A stretch of DNA of 64,000 nucleotides, taken from Eledone cirrhosa (Eukaryota). Both the position numbers and the translations under genes were made by a program. Shown here piece by piece: positions 11,975 to 23,900 of the stretch. The notes under the pieces were generated by a model. That model ran no database searches and was not told the origin of the DNA. It saw nothing but the letters and a program-made list of their open reading frames with translations. Location: positions 20,956,001 to 21,020,000 of the forward strand of contig OZ024747.1 of assembly GCA_964016885.1 (NCBI GenBank), in the 5' to 3' direction. The number at the start of each line of letters is the position of its first letter. Position 1 is the stretch's first letter.

Positions 11975-13006
11975 ATCACTGCTTGGTCACGTTCCTGTTT
12001 ATCTTGTCAAAAGTCGAAGGTGCATAAACCTATTCGCACATTCTCGGCACATTTAGCACACCTGACGCTCGTTTTTGCCACCATACATATTGATATCGTG
12101 GGACCTTGGCTTGCCAGTCGTGTATGTTCATACATCCTGACCTGTGTTGACCGTTTCACCCGATGGCCTGAAGCCATTCCTCTTAGTGACATTACTGCTG
12201 AATCTGTAGCGCGAGCCCTGGTTTCAGGATGGATATCGCACTATGGGGTTCCTACTACTATTACTACAGATCGTGGTAGGCAGTTTGAATCCCAACTTTT
12301 CAAGGATCTATTGAATACCATCGACGCTCAACGCATCAGGACTACCAGTTACCACCCTGCATCTAATGGAATGGTAGAGCGTTTTCATCGCCAGTTAAAG
12401 GCCGCATTGCGTGCCTATCCGGGTACTCTACATTGGAGCGACTACCTCCCCATAGTACTACTCGGTATCCGCACGTCAATGTTAAAGGACCTTGGATTCT
12501 CCGTAGCCGAGCTTTTGTACGATACTACATTATCTCTGCCAGGGCAGATGCTTGCCGCAGTTGACCTTGCTACTCAGGACCCTACACTATATGTGACCCG
12601 TTTGCGTGCGTATTTTCAAGTCCTGCCTTCTATGAACACTAGGCAACAAGCCATTAAATCTTCGGTTCCGAAGGACATTGCCTCGTGGACCCATGTTTTT
12701 GTCAGAAATGACGCAGTGAGAAGTCCTCTCACTCCACCTTATTCTGGACCCTATCGCGTACTTGCACGTTCAGATAAACATTTCACCATTGACTTTAATG
12801 GACATAAAGACACAGTCTCTATTGACAGACTAAAGCAGGCCTACACAGATGCTCTCACACCAGAGCCACATACTCCCCCTCCTACAATGCGTCAATACAA
12901 GTACCACCGCAAGCACCACAATCACATTCAAACACTCCTTTACCTTCAACATAGATCAGGACAACTTGCAGTGGTCGTCAGGTCCTTGGCCCAAGAAACG
13001 TTGTAA
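11969..13006 (+). pseudogene. Gypsy integrase, N-terminally truncated and frameshifted
   Basis: CLSC half of the HHCC finger, DDE motifs HIDIVGP / TTDRGRQF / NGMVERFHRQLK, and GPY module PYSGPYRV. There is no ATG and no gag/PR/RT/RH. Confidence 0.92.
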
Positions 13007-13138
13007 AACAATTTACATATGAACTATTCTTTTTTTTTTCTTTTTTCTCTCTTTTCTTCATTTTTGTATTTGCTTTGCATGACCTATGTTACCTTTGCAG
13101 ACAATTTCTCCTCATTTTTATTGATTTCTTTCCAGTCT

Positions 13139-13151
13139 AAGCAGAGGGTGA
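13139..13151 (+). promoter_or_regulatory. Polypurine tract
   Basis: AAGCAGAGGGTGA immediately precedes the 3' LTR. Confidence 0.7.
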
Positions 13152-13614
13152 TGTAGTGGAACTACGTCGCACCTCGCAATAGCAACATTTTCATATGCAA
13201 TAAGGTCAAACTGACCAATGGGGAGTTGCGTATGAATACATGGTCAATCTCACTCTCGCTCTCTGGTGAAAAACCTCAGACAGCACTCGAGAGACCAAGG
13301 GAGGATACGGACGCGTGTAGAATTATTGTAAAATGACTCCTACATTCCTTTCGACAAATAAAATTATATTTATAGAGGATTGAGCGTTAAAGAGCTATTT
13401 ATTTATATCCTGGAAATCAGAAGCATTTACTACCAATGAGAAGCTACCAACTCTTCGATTAAGGTATTTCAATTATATCGCTTATAAATAAGATCCTTCG
13501 AAGACTGATAACATGCAATTGTAAAAGGATATAGATAAAATTTAACCCCCTCATCTTATCTATACAATCAAGATATGCCCCGAGCATCACCAGAGCTCTG
13601 CACATCGCTGCTTG

Positions 13615-13770
13615 GAAGTGGCTTCGCATTCCACATACTCGAGTACACTTAACGTAGTTCTCAGGGAGATCCAGGCTAATACAGAGTGTGTCAAAGCTGG
13701 CCCTTTAAATTACAAGTACAATTCATTTTTTCCAACTGCGTAGACAGGAGCATCGTGACATTAAGTGGCG
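13615..13770 (-). mobile_element. SINE family B body fragment
   Basis: CTTAACGTAGTTCTCAGGGAGAT...GCTGGCCCTTTAAATTACAAGTACA is the reverse complement of the body at 18715-18790. Confidence 0.7.
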
Positions 13771-14000
13771 AACTCATGAGTTTACAGTCGTAAACAACTG
13801 AGCTATGCTTCATATACACAAACATGCGTATACTTACACAGACATACGAAAAAACAGGTAAACACATGCACAAGCATACGTACATATAAACGAACGCAAA
13901 CATACGTACATATACACAAACACAAACATACGTACATATACACGAACGGAAACATACGCACAGACACACCAACATACTTAATGATATAAATATACAAATA

Positions 14001-14200
14001 CAAGGTCGGATGAAAAGTTCATAGGCTAACCAAGATACTCTCATGGAATGACCAAATGAGGTTTATTTTTCAACATAGTCCCTGGAAACGAACAATGCTG
14101 TTATTAATTTTAAAAAAGGTTGAAATTAATGCATGCATGATTTCACAGCTTTAGCATCAATACTTCACAGTCAGCCTATGAACTTTTCAGCCGACCCTCA
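14001..14200. mobile_element. Mariner-derived MITE (200 bp)
   Basis: TIRs CAAGGTCGGATGAAAAGTTCATAGGCT and AGCCTATGAACTTTTCAGCCGACCCTCA, with TA on both sides. Confidence 0.88.
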
Positions 14201-14442
14201 TACATACGTAGAAATAATAATCCCTCCACACACATGCACATACGCACACACACACAGACATAAAAATACGCAGATACATAAACATAGACTAATACAAACG
14301 AACACTCACACAAATATACGTTTATATAAATATAAATCGTATTTCGGCTTTGGAATTACCGAAAAACAACTTCAGCTCTCTCTCTCTCTATATATATATA
14401 TATGTATATATTTATATATATTTATATATATATATATGTGTG

Positions 14443-14499
<57 letters not shown>

Positions 14500-14809
14500 T
14501 TATTTATTTATATACACACAAACATACGCACCGACATACCCCTACACACCCAAACAGGTACTGTGTTATCCCTTTGATCTCGTTCCGTCGGTAGGTTTTT
14601 ATGCTCATGGAGGGGTGGGGCCTCAGGACATTCTGGGTGGGCCCTATATTCGCAAGGAATTTACTTTTGAACGTTGTTTATAAACTCGTTTGTTCTCGTC
14701 GAGCGGTTTAGAATGAGCGAATTTATAAATATGCGTTATCTGGCTATAAGTGATGTAGGGCGAATTAGTTGGGATTTGCGGACAACATAGTATAACATAG
14801 TATGATCAG

Positions 14810-15240
14810 AAGGTGATACCCTACATGCACTTGATAGGTTTGCTGCTAGGTTCTGCACGACAGGGATGGAGACTGTTGCGAAGACTCGTCCTTTCAAGGA
14901 AACCTGCGCGGTGCCCTCTACATGTGAATGGACTTCTACTGAAGGAGGTAGAGAGGTTGAATAATCTTGGGGTTGAGCTCACAAGTGATGGAAGGCAGGA
15001 GGGTGGATAAAGTACAAGAATTGAAGGAGCTGCTGGTCAGTAATGCCCCAGCTTCAGCATTCGGTTACCCAGCCATCTTGCTCAGAGTCTACCTGCCAGT
15101 TGGTTTTGCCCGTAAAATCTGCCCACCAATTCTTTCCTTTGGATACAGGTCTGCTGGATAAGACCTAACGTGAAAAACAACAACCGATCGGTAGAGGTAA
15201 TCAACGGAGATTCTACGTAGTAGATTGCCATGTAAAAGCA
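14810..15240 (+). mobile_element. Degenerate RTE-like LINE remnant
   Basis: VLSRKPARCPLHVNGLLLKEVERLNNLGVELTSDGR resembles the late RT motif (EVE.F.YLG...T.DG). Confidence 0.6.
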
Positions 15241-15262
15241 AGTCCCCTACGCTGGTTCTCTA

Positions 15263-15740
15263 TAGAGGTCTGTTGAAAAAGTACCCGACCCCAGATTGGG
15301 GGGAGGGGGGACTATTACGTACTTGGTATTCAATTGCTAATACATTTCGAGGTGTCATCCATCATTTAACCTAATGATCATCCCACTCTTCGAAACACGT
15401 CTGGAATGTTTCTTCCGGAATGGCTCTCAGCTCCCCGACGCAATCCCCATAATGTTCACTCAGCTCTCAAAGCAAAACATTTTCTGTAGCCTTCTCATCT
15501 TTGGGAACAACCAAAATCCAGAAGCAGCCATGTCAGGACAATAGTGAGCTTAGCGAATGGGCGAAATGTCTTTCTTTGCTAAGAAACATATTATATGTTG
15601 CAGCTACTAGTTTACCAGAGATCTGGCCTTTTGTGCCGAACTGCATCAAGACAATATTGGATGACTTCCTGATAGTACTGATTTGTAACTGTTTGTCCTT
15701 CTGGTATGTATTGGGGGTGCACAACGCCTCGCTAATCAAA
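15263..15740 (-). pseudogene. Mariner transposase C-terminal remnant with TIR
   Basis: Minus-strand peptides YIPEGQTVTNQYYQEVIQYCLDAVRHKRPDLW and HYCPDMAASGFWLFPKM (a YSPDLAP-D motif). A TIR-like GAGGTCTGTTGAAAAAGTACCCGAC lies at 15265. Confidence 0.82.
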
Positions 15741-15957
15741 TTTTCTGCATAGGGCCTTCGGTAAACTCACTCAAGCTATTCTACAGTTTTGCTATGTTGA
15801 GAGAGGTCCCGTCGCTGCTTCGTCATGTAGGGCTCGCTTTGTACAGTCAGTCTCTTCAGAGAGTTGGCTTACCACAACAATTGACACTTAATTGGGATGG
15901 ACTAGACAGAAAGTTACGGTTCTTAACGTAGAAATGGTGGGGGGATGTTTTGATTAT

Positions 15958-16450
15958 GATTGTTGTTTATTCACAGCTCAGTCTTGATAAAGCCGACATA
16001 TGATCAAAAATGTCGTTCTAGCCGCGACTAGTCTGTTTGTACATATTCTTGACCACATTATCCATCAATCACCGTCCACCCTTTTATTATTTTCTGTCTT
16101 AACGGTTAGGTGCCGTTTGAAGCAGATTTGTAGCTGTCATTTCTTGTGAATCACGCGACTATGTTATTTCGTTGTTGAGGTTCTTATTGGTGTTTAATCC
16201 CAGGTTAACTCTGAATAAATAGAGATAACAACGAACACTCTCTCAAATCACACTTCAATCGTAAAAGTGAATGACACAATAGACAATATAGTCCTAGGTG
16301 AATAAGATGGGTTTGTCAATACTGGAATACGTTTAATCATAACTCTGCTCAATCAAGGCTGACCAGAGTCCGATAGATGAATATTGTTCAGTCCATGGCC
16401 AGCCTCGATCAAGTTGGCCTATAATCAAAAGATATTCCAAACACCATCGG
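15958..16450. repeat. Cluster of an old interspersed repeat (family C) in both orientations
   Basis: GTTGTTTA...GAC.TATGATCAAA...CTAGCCG.GAC motif. Related pieces lie at ~1485-1690, ~17415-17600, ~54175-54340 and ~59770-59970 (minus). Confidence 0.5.
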
Positions 16451-16617
16451 CTAATAATATATTTTTTTAATGACGGTATTAGGGACCATATCAGCTAAAG
16501 GGTGTGGTCGCAATAGTGCCAGATTTACCATTATGCTTAAGCACAGCCTCCTTCAGGGCCCAAGTAAAGGGCCTCATAATTTAACTACCACAGAGCCTCA
16601 TTTGTTCAAAATCTGTC

Positions 16618-17345
16618 GCGGTATGGCGAAATGGGTAAGAGGTTCGCTTCTCAATCATGAGATTCCTCGTTCGATCCACAATACGTGACATCTCTGGCAA
16701 GTGTCCTTTTTTTTTATATAGTTTTGGCTCTATCCAACTTTGTGATAGAAATTTGGTAAACGGAAACGTTTTGGAAACCTATTGGATGATCTGTACATGT
16801 ACTTCAAATGTCCAGCTTTGCTTCATACTGTATCATGATGAATTTCCCAGTCAATTCTGTTAAGGGTATATCATTATAAGGGTATAATTCCGGTCCTTTA
16901 CGTTCTGAGTTCAAATCGCGTCGAGGTTAGCTTTGCCTTTCATCCTTACTGGGTCGATAAAATAAAGTCCCAGTAATGCACTGGGGTCGATTTAATCGAC
17001 TTTCCCCATCCCCTCAAATTGCTGGCGTGTTCCTAAAGTAGAAACAATTATTATAAGGGCAGTGTATTGGCAGTATCGGTAGAGGGTCGGACGCCATGCT
17101 TTCCAGCATAGTTACGTCCCTTTACGATCTGTGTTCAAATCCCGCTGAGGTTGACTTTGCCTTTCATCCTTACGGGGTCGATAAAATAAAGTACCAGTAA
17201 TGAACTGGGTAATTGCTGGCCTTGTACCTAAAGTAGAAACAATTATTATAAGGGCATAATATTCGGTCAGGTACATATCAAGTTGAGCGAGTGGGCAGTT
17301 ACATTGATCGAATAACTGGAACACTCATCGTCGAAACCGATGGAG
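16618..17345 (+). mobile_element. SINE family B interrupted by a SINE family A dimer
   Basis: The tRNA head (TGGCGAAATGGGTAAG, GTTCGATCC) and body run to ~16870 and resume after ~17260. Confidence 0.7.
16889..17244 (+). mobile_element. SINE family A dimer
   Basis: A truncated copy (16889-17049) and a full copy (17057-17244), flanked by ATTATAAGGG(T/C)ATAAT at 16873-16888 and 17245-17260. Confidence 0.9.
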
Positions 17346-17609
17346 ATTCATTTTTTTTTTTTTTTCTTCCCTATCCAATTGAGTTCTTGTTTCTGTGATG
17401 ATGGTGATGCTTTTGTTATTTAATCCCATTTCAACACCGTTTGAACAAACACAACCATCTTGTCTTTTTCCCTGGGTGTAGGAGACCCAGGACAACATTA
17501 TGCAGCATGTTCATTTTTAAAATATCGATAAAGCTGCAAATTTAGCTACTATTTCATGCAAATTGACCGTTCAGGTTTGTGGCTTCCTGAGTGGTGATAG
17601 CGTTGCGTT

Positions 17610-17734
17610 AGTGGTGGTGGTGGTGGTGGTGGTGGTGGTGATGATGGTGAGGATGATGATGATGGTGGTGGTGGTGGTGGTGGTGGTTGTGGTGGAAGTA
17701 GTAGTTGTAGTAGTAGTAGTAGTAGTAGTAGTAC

Positions 17735-17784
<50 letters not shown>

Positions 17785-18630
17785 ACTGTGGTGATGATAG
17801 TAGTGGTAGTAGTGGTAGTAGTAGTGGTGGTGTTATTTGGGGTGAGTGTGGGGGTACGTTGTTATTCAGGCATGGGACAGAATTATGATCAAATGTGTTC
17901 CATCTGTAATAATTCTAACTTTTGTTTCTTCTCAAGGTGTATCTAGGACAATATTTAATGCGTTCTTCAGTAGGATGTAATTTAACGGAAATATGGCTAT
18001 TAATTCTAGTGGGTCGAGTAACAACTTAGTGATGGTCGTCGTCGTTGTTGTTGTGGTGGTGGTGGTGGTGGTAATGGTAATGGTGGGGATAATAATGATG
18101 TTAGTGGTCATGGTAAAAATAGTAGTGGTAGTGGTGGCGGTAGTGGTGGTGGTGGTGGTGGTGGTGGTGGTGGTGGTGGTGGTGGTGGTGGTCATGGTCG
18201 TGGTGGTGACGGTGGCGGTGATGGTGGTGTTGGTGGAGGTGACGGCGGCGGTGGCGGTGACGGTGGTGTTGGGTGGTGGTGGTGACGCGCGGCGGTGGCG
18301 GTGACGGTGATGTTGGGTGGTGGAGGTGACGGCGGCGGTGGCGGTGACGGTGATGTTGGGTGGTGGAGGTGACGGCGGCGGTGGCGGTGACGGTGATGTT
18401 GGTGGTGGTGGTGACGGCGGCGGTGGCGGTGACGGTGGTGTTGGGTGGTGGTGGTGACGGCGGCGGTGGCGGTGATGGTGATGTTGGGTGGTGGAGGTGA
18501 CGGCGGCGGTGGCGGTGACGGTGATGTTGGTGGTGGTGGTGACGGCGGCGGTGGCGGTGATGGTGGTGTTGGTGGTGGTGGTGACGGCGGCGGTGTGGCG
18601 GTGGCGGCGTTGGTGATGATGGTGGTGGCT
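17610..18630. repeat. G-rich (GGT/GTA/GAT)n tracts and ~42-bp GGTGACGGCGGCGGTGGCGGTGACGGTGATGTTGG minisatellite
   Basis: Direct reading. Confidence 0.9.
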
Positions 18631-18674
18631 GATGTTTTATAATGTCTTTCATCGGCGCAGAAAAAAAAACTAAA

Positions 18675-18890
18675 CCGGGTAGACGGAAACTATTTGGAAG
18701 TTCGTTAGATGGACTGTACCTGCAATTCAAAGGACCAGCTTTGTCACTCAGTGCGTTACGCTGAATCTCCCTGAGAATTACGTTAACGGTTCGCATGTTT
18801 GTGAAAGGCTCAGTCACTTCCAAGTTAATTTCATGAGCAAACTGTTCCGTTGATCAAACAACTGCAACATCGTCAAAACCAATGTCCATT
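18675..18890 (+). mobile_element. SINE family B 3' body
   Basis: GGTAGACGGAAAC...GGACTGTACCTGCAATTCAAAGGACCAGC matches the other copies. Confidence 0.75.
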
Positions 18891-18939
18891 CCTTTCATCT
18901 TTCGACCTGTTAACATCCACAGTACCACAGTTAAAACGG

Positions 18940-18967
18940 TTGCATCAACTTCATTCACACCACCACC

Positions 18968-19031
<64 letters not shown>

Positions 19032-19234
19032 CCACCATCACCACCACCACCACCACCACCACCACCACCAACACCACCACCACCAACAACAACACCACCA
19101 ACAACAACAACAACAACTGCAACAACAACAGCAGCAACAGCAACATCAACGTCATTCACACTACCACCACCACCACCAACAACAAGAACAACAACAACAA
19201 CAGCAGCAACAACATCAACGTCATTCACACTACT

Positions 19235-19266
<32 letters not shown>

Positions 19267-20407
19267 CAACAACAACAGCAGCAACAACATCAACGTCATT
19301 CATACTACTACCACCACTACCACCACCACCACCATCACCACCACCAACAACAACAACAACAATAGCAGCAACATCAACTTCATTCACACTACTACCACCA
19401 CGAACACCACCACCACCACCACCATCACCACCACCACCAACAATAACAACAACAACAACAACAACAACACCACCACCAACAACAACAACAACACCATCAC
19501 CACCACCACCACCACCAACAACAACAACACCACCACCAACAACAACAACACCACCAACAACAACAACAACTGCAACAACAACAGCAGCAACAGCAACATC
19601 AACGTCATTCACACTACCACCACCACCACCACCAACAACAAGAACAACAACAACAACAGCAGCAACAACATCAACGTCATTCACACTACTACCACCACCA
19701 CCACCACCACCAACACCACCACCAACAACAACAACAGCAGCAACAACATCAACGTCATTCATACTACTACCACCACTACCACCACCACCATCACAACCAC
19801 CAACAACAACAACAACAACAATAGCAGCAACATCAACTTCATTCACACTACTACCACCACGAACACCACCACCACCACCACCATCACCACCACCACCAAC
19901 AATAACAACAACAACAACAACAACAACACCACCACCAACAACAACAACAACACCATCACCACCACCACCACCACCAACAACAACAACACCACCACCAACA
20001 ACAACAACACCACCAACAACAACAACAACTGCAACAACAACAGCAGCAACAGCAACATCAACGTCATTCACACTACCACCACCACCACCACCAACAACAA
20101 GAACAACAACAACAACAGCAGCAACAACATCAACGTCATTCACACTACTACCACCACCACCACCACCACCAACACCACCACCAACAACAACAACAGCAGC
20201 AACAACATCAACGTCATTCATACTACTACCACCACTACCACCACCACCATCACAACCACCAACAACAACAACAACAATAGCAGCAACATCAACTTCATTC
20301 ACACTACTACCACCACGAACACCACCACCACCGCCATCACCACCACCAACAACAACAACAACAATAGCAGCAACATCAACTTCATTCACACTACTACCAC
20401 CATAACC

Positions 20408-20459
<52 letters not shown>

Positions 20460-20480
20460 GCAGCAGCAACAACATCAACT
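18940..20480. repeat. Compound (CCA)n/(ACA)n minisatellite with 459-bp higher-order period
   Basis: Anchor ACATCAAC(G/T)TCATTCA(C/T)ACTA. Identical ORFs at 19384 and 19843 are offset by 459 bp. Confidence 0.92.
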
Positions 20481-20954
20481 GTCACATCACAACGTTCACC
20501 CGTTTCTCCATAACCACCCTCACTAACGTCACGGCATCACCTTAACCCTAACCTAAATATCACCGGAGCAACACACACACACACACACACACATACACAT
20601 CACATATACACACATACAGACACACACATACACACACATACACACATACACACATACACTTCATCGCCTTTCCTTCTCACCGTTAACTTCATCCCCTGAC
20701 CCTGTAAAACAGGCTTCGATAACACCACTTCCGTTACGGTCGTCGTCGTCGTCTTTACCATTATCACCATCAACACCTTCATCATCATCATTACACTGAC
20801 CCCACCACACCCACCACCAACACCACCACCACCACCGACATCACCACCACATTGATATCGCCACGACCTCCACGCCGGCACCACCGCCACCACCACCATG
20901 GCAAATTACCGTAACCATTAACTACTACTAATTTTATGTCACTAATAGCGTAAC

Positions 20955-23900
20955 AACCACCGCCATCGTCATCATCATCATCATTGTCATTACTATTATA
21001 ACACCCGGATCACTGGTGCCTTAACCATCACCACCACCGCCATCAGTGTCATCATCATCATCATCATCATTACTATTGTCACTACGATTAACACCCGGAT
21101 CACTGGTGCCTTAACCATCACCACCACCGCCTTCATTGGCATCATCATCATCATCATCATCACTATAGTCACTACGAATAACACCCGGATCACTGGTGCC
21201 TTAACCATCACCACCACCGCCTTCATTGGCATCATCATCATCATCATCATCACTATAGTCACTACGATTAACACCCGGATCACTGGTGCCTTAACCATCA
21301 CCACCACCGCCATCATTGGCATCACCATCATCATCATCACTATAGTCCCTACGATTAACACCCGGATCACTGGTGCCTTAACCATCACCACCACCGCCAT
21401 CATTGTCATCATCATCATCATCATCATCATTACTATAGTCACTACGATTAACACTCGGATAACTGGTGCCTTAACCATCACCACCACCGCCATCATTGTA
21501 ATCATCATCATCATCATCACAGTTGTCACTACGATTAACACCCGGATAACTGGTGCATTAACCATCACCACCACCGCCATCATTGTCATCATCATCATCA
21601 TCATCACAGTTGTCACTACGATTAACACCCGGATAACTGGTGCATTAACCATCACCACCACCGCCATCATTGTCATCATCATCATCATCATCACAGTTGT
21701 CACTACGATTAACACCCGGATAACTGGTGCCTTAACCATCACCACCACCGCCATCATTGTCATCATCATCATCATCATCACAGTTGTCACTACGATTAAC
21801 ACCCGGATAACTGGTGCCTTAACCATCACCACCACCGCCATCATTGTCATCATCATCATCATTGTCATTACTATTATAACACCCGGATCACTGGTGCCTT
21901 AACCATCACCACCACCGCCATCATTGTCATCATCATCATCATCATCATTACTATTGTCACTACGATTAACACCCGGATCACTGGTGCCTTAACCATCACC
22001 ACCACCGCCATCACTGTCATCATCATCATCATCATCATTACTATTGTCACTACGATTAACACCCGGATCACTGGTGCCTTAACCATCACCACCACCGCCA
22101 TCATTGTCATCATCATCATCATCATTACTATTGTCACTACGATTAACACCCGGATCGCTGCTGCCTTAACCATCACCACCACCGCCATCATTGTCATCAT
22201 CATCATCATCATTACTATTGTCACTACGATTAACACCCGGATCACTGGTGCCTTAACCATCACCACCACCGCCATCATTGTCATCATCATCATCATCATT
22301 ACTATTGTCACTACGATTAACACCCGGATCGCTGCTGCCTTAACCATCACCAGCATCGCCATCATTGTCATCATCATCATCATCATCATTACTATTGTCA
22401 CTACGATTAACAACCGGATCACTGGTGCCTTAACCATCACCACCGCCATCATCATCATTGTCATCATCATCACTATTGTCACTACGATTAACACCCGGAT
22501 CACTGGTGCCTTAACCATCACCACCACCGCCATCATTGTCATCATCATCATCATCATCATTACTATTGTCACTACGAATAATACCCGGATCACTGGTGCC
22601 TTAACCATCATCACCGCCATCATCATCATTGTCATCATCATCACTATTGTCACTACGATTAACAACCGGATCACTGGTGCCTTAACCATCACCACCACCG
22701 CCATCATTGTCATCATCATCATCATCATCATTACTATTGTCACTACGATTAATACCCGGATCACTGGTGCCTTAACCATCACCACAGCCATCATCGTCAT
22801 TGTCATCATCATCACTATTGTCACTACAATTAACACCCGGATCACTGGTGCCTTAACCATCACCACCACCACCATCATTGTCATCATCATCATCATCATC
22901 ATCATCATTACTATTGTCACTACGATTAACACCCGGATCACTGGTGCCTTAACCATCACCACCACCGCCATCATTGTCATCATCATCATCATCATTACTA
23001 TTGTCACTACGATTAACACCCGGATCACTGGTGCCTTAACCATCACCACTGCCATCATCATCATTGTCATCATCATCACTATTGTCACTACGATTAACAC
23101 CCGGATCACTGGTGCCTTAACCATCACCACCACCGCCATCATTGTCATCATCTTCATCATCATCATTATTGTCACTACGATTAACACCCGGATCACTGGT
23201 GCCTTAACCATCACCACCACCGCCATCATTGTCATCATCATCATCATCATCATTATTGTCACTACGATTAACACCCGGATCACTGGTGCCTTAACCATCA
23301 CCACCAGCACCATCATTGTCATCATCATCATCATCATTACTATTGTCACTACGATTAACACCCGGATCACTGGTGCCTTAACCATCACCACCACCGCCAT
23401 CATTGTCATCATCATCATCATCATTACTATTGTCACTACGATTAACACCCGGATCGCTGGTGCCTTAACCATCACCACCACCGCCATCATTGTCATCACC
23501 ATCATCATCATCACTATAGTCCCTACGATTAACACCCGGATCACTGGTGCCTTAACCATCACCACCAGCACCATCATTGTCATCATCATCATCATCATTA
23601 CTATTGTCACTACGATTAACACCCGGATCACTGGTGCTATAACCATCACCACCGCCATCATCATCATTGTCATCATCATCACTATTGTCACTACGATTAA
23701 CACCCGGATCACTGGTGCCTTAACCATCACCACCACCGCCATCATTGTCTTCATCATCATCATCATCATTACTATTGTCACTACGAATAACACCCGGATC
23801 ACTGTTGCCTTAACCATCACCACCGCCATCATCATCATTGTCATCATCATCATCACTATTGTCACTACGATTAACACCCGGATCACTGGTGCCTTAACCA

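Larger units (their letters stand above)
11548..13564 (+). mobile_element. Internally deleted Ty3/Gypsy LTR retrotransposon
   Basis: LTRs at 11548-11953 and 13152-13564 (TGTAG...CTATA, about 95% identical by eye). CAAT flanks both sides (11544-11547, 13565-13568). PBS, integrase and PPT are present. Confidence 0.95.

Noticed and set aside
18882-20405. Mucin/extensin-like Pro/Thr ORF of 507 aa
   Set aside because: It begins in a SINE remnant, uses almost only CCA/ACA codons, has no signal peptide, and the antisense frame is equally open.
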